Virus record (IMG/VR): IMGVR_UViG_3300025033_000017
DNA length: 64,000 bases
Origin: an uncultured virus (IMG/VR IMGVR_UViG_3300025033_000017)
Taxonomy: Duplodnaviria > Heunggongvirae > Uroviricota > Caudoviricetes
Strand: one strand, 5' to 3'
In this document: positions 58,769 through 64,000 of the stretch, in pieces
Layout of the letters: every line of letters starts with the position of its first letter
How positions within the stretch are numbered: position 1 is the first letter of the stretch
Position numbers and translations under genes: made by a program
The notes under the pieces: model-generated
What the model saw: the letters and a program-made list of their open reading frames with translations, nothing else
The model's database searches: none
What the model was told of the DNA's origin: nothing

Positions 58769-59497
58769 ATGCCAGAAATCATTTTCAAACCCTTGCCAGA
58801 TAACACGGTTGGCAACATTACGCTAAACACAATAGTCAACTTTGCAGTCGGTGATGTTGTTACTGGCGGAACGTCTGCTGCTACTGGAAAGATCATCAAG
58901 ATCGATTCGACAAACAAAATTCTTCGCGTCAATGCACTGACCGGGTTCTTTGTTGAAGGCGAGACTGTTACAAACACAGGCACCGGCACAGGAACTGTTG
59001 CAACTAAAGGATATGACCTATCTGCTACCACTCGCGGCATCGAACATACCCAGTGGACAAATGCTGGTGTTCGTGTTCGTTCATATGTTCTAGTTGCAAT
59101 CCGTAATTTCCTTGCTAAGTGGTCAGATGCGAATGCACTGCCTTCATTTACAGCAACATCATCCGTGTCAGCACTTGCTCATATGGTTACCGGTGATATT
59201 CTGTCAATCTCAGTAAGTTCCGGAGCAGATACAGTTTCAGTGGCAACAGGTGCGTATATCAACGTGACTATCAACGGTATCGTGCGTAAAGCATATTACA
59301 CGTCTGGTTCATCTACCTCCACTTCATCTGTTTTCAAATATACAGTTGTTGCTGGTGATGTTGCTACCGCAGGTCAGATTACCGTAGATATGACAATCGT
59401 TGGTTCGGTATACGATACAATCGCTGACGGTCAGACACTTATCGCCGATCCAGTTACCTTCGTTGCTCCTGACACGTCAACTTACGCAGCAAACTAA
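58769..59497 (+). CDS. Putative virion structural protein
   Basis: Late-like CATAAATA and AGGAG RBS; Thr-rich beta composition. Confidence 0.65.
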   Translation: MPEIIFKPLPDNTVGNITLNTIVNFAVGDVVTGGTSAATGKIIKIDSTNKILRVNALTGFFVEGETVTNTGTGTGTVATKGYDLSATTRGIEHTQWTNAGVRVRSYVLVAIRNFLAKWSDANALPSFTATSSVSALAHMVTGDILSISVSSGADTVSVATGAYINVTINGIVRKAYYTSGSSTSTSSVFKYTVVAGDVATAGQITVDMTIVGSVYDTIADGQTLIADPVTFVAPDTSTYAAN

Positions 59498-59500
59498 TAA

Positions 59501-59896
59501 ATGTCTGACGCAAAGATATCAGAACTAGCACTGGCAACATCCTTCTCCGCGACGGATGTTTTGCCGGCGGTTATATCTGGGCAAACGGTAAAGATTAACA
59601 TTGGCACGATTTTATCTCAAATTGCTCTTGGTGGCAAAGTTGTCTTAGGTGGTGCCACGGTGACTCATGATGTTGCCACAGTCGACCTTTCATCGTTCAT
59701 GTCTCACGTTACCGGAAGTCTTATTCTAAGTACCGGAGTTGCCTGGCAACTAAAGTTTATCACGGCAGACGGCGTAAGTTCTATCAGCCCGACCTTAGCA
59801 AATTTCACCTCTCTGGCATTTACAACAGGCCAAACTGCGTTACTTTTGTACGTTGATAAGTGGTATGTGATCTCTGCAAATTGTACTGTAACATAA
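59501..59896 (+). CDS. Putative structural protein
   Basis: MSDAKISELA N-terminal motif. Confidence 0.6.
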   Translation: MSDAKISELALATSFSATDVLPAVISGQTVKINIGTILSQIALGGKVVLGGATVTHDVATVDLSSFMSHVTGSLILSTGVAWQLKFITADGVSSISPTLANFTSLAFTTGQTALLLYVDKWYVISANCTVT

Positions 59897-59897
59897 T

Positions 59898-60530
59898 ATG
59901 ACAACTATAAAAGTATCTCAACTTCCAACCGCAACGGATATCGTTGACCCAATTCTAGATTGGGTCATGATCGTTCAGGGAGGAGTCAATAAGAAGATTT
60001 CTCCTGATACTATCTTCAAAAATATCATGAGTGATGTTATCGTGAATCCTGCGTTGACAAGTGTTGACGTGACGATAAACGGTCACGGTCTAGCGAATCT
60101 ACTGAAGGTTGATGGTACGAACAATTATGTCGGTGTTGGTGTTGTTCCGACTGAACGTTTTCACGTCGTCGGCAACGTAAAGGTCGATGGTAACGTAAAA
60201 GTATCTCAAGAGATTATTACTGTACCTTCAACAACTGGAGCACTGGCGATAAACTCGTCGTATGAAGTGTCTGTAATTCAAACAACAACGAGTTCCGTGT
60301 CGACCCAAGTAATTTCGCTTCCTACTGGCGTAAATAATCAGTTCAAGACAGTAACATATGCCGATGGTGCAGCAAATCGTCGAACTGGCGTTATTTACAC
60401 ACTTCAGGACAACCTAATTGGCGCAAGTCAGATTGCATTTACTAAAGTAGGAACGTCAGTGACACTTTACGGATACGGCGGTAAATGGGTTATCATCAAT
60501 TACTCTGGTAATGGAGTAACCATAGTTTGA
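59898..60530 (+). CDS. Putative structural protein
   Basis: IKVSQLP N-terminal motif; VGVGVVPTERFHVVGNVK fibre-like motif. Confidence 0.6.
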   Translation: MTTIKVSQLPTATDIVDPILDWVMIVQGGVNKKISPDTIFKNIMSDVIVNPALTSVDVTINGHGLANLLKVDGTNNYVGVGVVPTERFHVVGNVKVDGNVKVSQEIITVPSTTGALAINSSYEVSVIQTTTSSVSTQVISLPTGVNNQFKTVTYADGAANRRTGVIYTLQDNLIGASQIAFTKVGTSVTLYGYGGKWVIINYSGNGVTIV

Positions 60531-60913
60531 TCCTAACCGATGAAGGTTTTCTTGATTATGCTAAGGCAAACTATACCTCGACTGGTTTGAAAACTGTCGC
60601 GGAGTTTACGGAAGATATAAATCGTATCATCCATATCAAGCGATTAATGAACCGATTGGTCGCAGGTGAAGATGTTTCAATCAGACTAATACTGAATCAT
60701 TTCGTTATTTTGTTCAACATGTTTGATTCGTATGCTGCCGCGAACATGTTATTTTATAAGATTGAGGAGGATAAATGGATTCTTCTCAATACGTTTTTAG
60801 TTTATATGAAGTATTCCCCATCACATTTACCTGATCTTGGTATAACACTAACAGCAGATGATGTTGATGTAGCAACAAAACAAGAATTGGACTCATATGT
60901 CAAACGTAATTGA
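60527..60913 (+). CDS. Conserved hypothetical protein of T4-like phages
   Basis: EFTEDINR..HIKRL and RLILNHFVILFNMF motifs; TTG start. Confidence 0.7.
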   Translation: MILTDEGFLDYAKANYTSTGLKTVAEFTEDINRIIHIKRLMNRLVAGEDVSIRLILNHFVILFNMFDSYAAANMLFYKIEEDKWILLNTFLVYMKYSPSHLPDLGITLTADDVDVATKQELDSYVKRN

Positions 60914-61397
60914 CAATGCTATTGCAATGAGAATATTGTATCTTCTCGTTCTTCCATTTAATAAGTGGAAGGCGTATGAAGAATGCATTATTGATGAAGA
61001 CGGTAAGATCCTGCATCCAAAATCGAAGTCTGATAACTGGACGATGCTTCATAGATTGGTTGCAAGACTAAAAATTTTGCTTGGCAAAATACCAGGCGGC
61101 AAGTCTGTATTTGCAACAACGGCCGCTGCCTATCTTCTCGTAAAAGAACATCTTGAGAATGAAGATGAAAGTATTCTATTTGAGACTCGTTTCTTTACGA
61201 ATAAATACGAAACAGAAGCACTAGAACCCCAGATAAAAAAAGCATATGAATATCTTCTAGAGGACGGAATGGGAGTTACTGCTGTCGCGGGTGTTGGTGC
61301 AGATGGACCTGGTGACACGAATAAAGAACCTCCTGTCGATTTGAAAGACAAGAAAAAAGCAATATTGTTTGCAACGAAGCGAAAAGTGGTGAAATAA
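60897..61397 (+). CDS. Conserved hypothetical protein of T4-like phages
   Basis: PFNKWKAY..IIDEDG and HRLVARLK..LGKIPGG motifs. Confidence 0.7.
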   Translation: MSNVIDNAIAMRILYLLVLPFNKWKAYEECIIDEDGKILHPKSKSDNWTMLHRLVARLKILLGKIPGGKSVFATTAAAYLLVKEHLENEDESILFETRFFTNKYETEALEPQIKKAYEYLLEDGMGVTAVAGVGADGPGDTNKEPPVDLKDKKKAILFATKRKVVK

Positions 61398-61840
61398 TGT
61401 TTACTATCATAACTATGTTTTTGAAAAACTTATCTCCGATGGCATATCTGTCTGGGATTCTTGGTATCATGCTTATTGTTATGTTTTCAATGTATGAGAT
61501 AAAGAAGCTAGAAGTCAAATCTGATGATGCAAAAGTAGTTCAATTATCTACGACTATTCAAACCCAAAATATGACTATTGCAAGTTTGAAGCAACAACGC
61601 GATAACGCAGTTGCTAGTATTGCAGTACAAAATAACGCGGTAGATGCATTGAAAAAGAAATCTGTATCACTTCAAGCCAAGGCAGATGAAGCTCAAAAGA
61701 GCGTTGTTATAAAAGAAACACAGATTCAAGGATTGATCAACGCGATTAATTCAAAGCCTGTTCCAAAGGACTGCCAGGGAGCAATGAAAGAACTCGGAAC
61801 TTTTATGAAATCATATGCTACAGATTGGAATAAACAATGA
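61397..61840 (+). CDS. Putative i-spanin (Rz-like)
   Basis: N-terminal TM, long coiled coil, C-terminal Cys; followed by a lipoprotein gene. Confidence 0.7.
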   Translation: MFTIITMFLKNLSPMAYLSGILGIMLIVMFSMYEIKKLEVKSDDAKVVQLSTTIQTQNMTIASLKQQRDNAVASIAVQNNAVDALKKKSVSLQAKADEAQKSVVIKETQIQGLINAINSKPVPKDCQGAMKELGTFMKSYATDWNKQ

Positions 61841-62118
61841 GATATCTATTCGTATTGATGTTTTTACTGACTGGTTGTGCGAATATGCAAAACAAGGATG
61901 ACATCACAAACTGTCAAGTTGTTGATACTAAGATAATTGAGGTGCCTGTGTACACGGACTTGCCCGTTGTCAACGTTAAACGACCCGTTTTGACAGCCGC
62001 GGCTGCTGATCAATCAAAGCCCGATGAACTTGTCAAGGCACTAGAAGTTGATCTAACGAATCTAAACGAATACACCAAGAATCTTGAAAAGGTACTTGGA
62101 ATATATAAGGGTAATTGA
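61837..62118 (+). CDS. Putative o-spanin (Rz1-like lipoprotein)
   Basis: Lipobox LTGC; Pro-rich linker. Confidence 0.7.
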   Translation: MRYLFVLMFLLTGCANMQNKDDITNCQVVDTKIIEVPVYTDLPVVNVKRPVLTAAAADQSKPDELVKALEVDLTNLNEYTKNLEKVLGIYKGN

Positions 62119-62120
62119 TC

Positions 62121-62501
62121 ATGGCAATATTAGCAAACGTTCATTTCAGAGGCGTAAACATAAAATCTGCGTATGTGAAGATACGAAAGAAATGGGGCAA
62201 TGATGTTCATGGTTGGTGCTGCATTATGGGTGTCGCAGCCGATGCCGAACTTGCGGCAAAGGGAATTTGGCTATATGAATTCAGTCTTGGACCCATACAA
62301 GGCGAACCATATGCCGCACTCTATAAAGCAGCATCCGATAAGTTTGTCACCGAAGGTATCGAGCACCTACACGATCACGAAGTTGCAGTTGAAGCACAAA
62401 AAGAACTTGAAGTTCCTCCACTAAATGCTGATATTCCAAAAAAGACAAGAAAGAAAAAAGATGTACTATCGTCAAGCAAGAAACAGAATAAGAACGGGTG
62501 A
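62121..62501 (+). CDS. Hypothetical protein
   Basis: ORF in the operon. Confidence 0.55.
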   Translation: MAILANVHFRGVNIKSAYVKIRKKWGNDVHGWCCIMGVAADAELAAKGIWLYEFSLGPIQGEPYAALYKAASDKFVTEGIEHLHDHEVAVEAQKELEVPPLNADIPKKTRKKKDVLSSSKKQNKNG

Positions 62502-62934
62502 CTTACTGTTCTGGTCTGGAAATGATCTAGTAAGCACCGCAATAAAACTGGCAACAAGGTCAGAATACACACATGTCGGTATGGCATGGGTAACATCAGG
62601 GCGGGTTTTTGTTTTGGAAGCATATCCACCTAGCGTAAGAATAATGCCCCTAGGCACAAAAGCTCCATTCTATTGGGTGTCGATGTTTGGTCTTTCTGAT
62701 GATGCCGTGAGTTTTGCAATGAAACATGTTGGCGACCCATATAGTAAACTAGACGCGATCAAGGCATACTTCAAAATGAGACTACCAAGAGGATCATGGG
62801 AATGCGCCGAATACGTCGCCAAGATTTATGCCCACGATGGTCTACCAATGACGTTAGATAAGTACACCCCTGCAGATGTGATGAATTGGTGCAAAAGTCT
62901 AGTCAGAAAAGTGGAGTTTGTTGATCATGACTGA
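62461..62934 (+). CDS. Permuted papain-like amidase (YiiX/YebB-like NlpC/P60)
   Basis: GDLLF...YTHVGM...EA...YS...CAEYV, with His preceding the catalytic Cys. Confidence 0.75.
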   Translation: MYYRQARNRIRTGDLLFWSGNDLVSTAIKLATRSEYTHVGMAWVTSGRVFVLEAYPPSVRIMPLGTKAPFYWVSMFGLSDDAVSFAMKHVGDPYSKLDAIKAYFKMRLPRGSWECAEYVAKIYAHDGLPMTLDKYTPADVMNWCKSLVRKVEFVDHD

Positions 62935-63355
62935 TTCAATCATAAAATTCCTCCAATTCGTTACAACACTAGATTACTCGGGTATATCGGTGTTGTTGAT
63001 GCTCGTGATTCTGTTAGGATTTCTTATCAGAGCACATTTTTCCAAAACCTCAGCATTCTTCTTCGACAAGTTGTTCCTAAACGATTTCGATAGACCGTCT
63101 ATATCTCAGATTGCAATCGTTATAAGTCTTATCTTGTCCGCTTGGGCATTTGTCTTTCTAACGTTGAAAGATTTAATGACAACAGGGTATTTCATGGGCT
63201 TTCTAAGCGTATGGGTAGTACAAAGCGGATACAGTAAATGGATGGACTCATTGAAGATTCCAAAGATGGATGACGTGAAGAACTTATTCGCTAACGGAAC
63301 ACCGTCGCTTGACGACGTGAAGAAACTTTTCAATATCGGACAGAACTCGTCCTAA
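62927..63355 (+). CDS. Three-TM membrane protein, holin candidate
   Basis: Three hydrophobic segments; close to the spanin genes. Confidence 0.5.
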   Translation: MTDSIIKFLQFVTTLDYSGISVLLMLVILLGFLIRAHFSKTSAFFFDKLFLNDFDRPSISQIAIVISLILSAWAFVFLTLKDLMTTGYFMGFLSVWVVQSGYSKWMDSLKIPKMDDVKNLFANGTPSLDDVKKLFNIGQNSS

Positions 63356-63573
63356 ATTACCATACGCAACGGCAGCGACCGGAGGGATAGTGCATTTAGA
63401 TGCATCATTTAGCGAACTTCGTTCGCCCTCGCTTCGCTCGTCGCATCTTTTATTGGAACTAACTTAGAACTTTTGGTGCATCAATTAGCGACCACTGATG
63501 CATGATGATAAACATATTTAAGGTAGCACGAGCGCGTATTCAATAATCTAACACGTGCTGGAATTTATGTCAA
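63353..63573 (-). repeat. Non-coding structured element, copy 2, with leftward sigma70-like promoter
   Basis: Shares the 43-bp and 32-bp blocks with 15528-15634; minus-strand TTGACA (63573-63568), 17-nt spacer ending in TGT, then TAGATT (63550-63545). Confidence 0.8.
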
Positions 63574-63677
63574 ATATTTTTGTAAGTTGTTGATAACTAA
63601 TCGATAATTTAAGCAAAAATAAACTTGAAAATAAGTCTTTCCTACAGTAAAATAACTGTATTCGACATGGAGTTACT

Positions 63678-64000
63678 ATGTTTTATCTTGATGTTCAATA
63701 CGCCCGCCGAATTGCTTACAAACTAAATCGATTCAAAGTCAAAAAAGACAATGGAAACGTCTTCGAAGCGGCATTCCGCTGTCCGATTTGCGGGGACTCA
63801 GAAAAGTCAGAAGCAAAGACTCGTGGTGGTCTGTACACAAAAGACAGCCATCTTTATATGCATTGTTTCAATTGTAATGCGAACATGCACTTCGGACAGT
63901 TTTTGAAGCACATCGACTTTCCTCTCTGGGAAGAATACAAACTCGAAAAATTCAAGCATAACGTAAAATATAACCCACCGAAGGAACCAGTAAAACATGA
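63678..64000 (+). CDS. gp61: DNA primase gp61, 5' part
   Basis: GGAG RBS; FRCPICGDS...KTRG...HCFNC zinc finger; frame open to the window end. Confidence 0.9.
   Translation, partial: MFYLDVQYARRIAYKLNRFKVKKDNGNVFEAAFRCPICGDSEKSEAKTRGGLYTKDSHLYMHCFNCNANMHFGQFLKHIDFPLWEEYKLEKFKHNVKYNPPKEPVKH

Noticed and set aside
126..63998. Numerous short minus-strand and nested plus-strand ORFs in the track
   Set aside because: They are shadows of well-supported + strand genes with no motifs or RBS; only 42887-43657 and the 31321 remnant are kept
1..64000. Alternative genetic code or stop-codon reassignment
   Set aside because: Core genes are full length under the standard code; TAA, TGA and TAG all end genes at expected positions

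Overview
A 64-kb segment of a large lytic T4-like myovirus genome, almost entirely coded on the + strand. The host is probably Gram-negative, judging by the spanin pair. Gene order: tail-fibre and accessory structural genes (1-10.7 kb); neck, terminase, tail and head genes gp13-gp23 and gp3 (10.7-28.7 kb); uvsY, uvsW, gp55, gp47 and gp46; rIIA and rIIB; gp45, a CAU tRNA, gp44, gp62 and regA; RNA ligase, DNA ligase, gp43, uvsX and gp41; a cluster of probably head-packaged proteins including two nucleotidyltransferases; spanin and holin-like genes; and the start of the gp61 primase. The most unusual items are: (1) an Rnl2-type RNA ligase cut in two by an inverted HNH homing endonuclease, each half carrying a short new peptide; (2) uvsX fractured by a split intein around a free-standing GIY-YIG endonuclease; (3) rIIB fused to an acyl-carrier-protein-like domain whose phosphopantetheine Ser is Arg, plus a zinc ribbon; (4) a non-coding element present twice, 48 kb apart, each copy with its own antisense sigma70-type promoter; and (5) several small accessory genes broken by +1 slips in homopolymer runs while core genes are intact. 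All family calls come from motif recognition by eye; no database searches were run.
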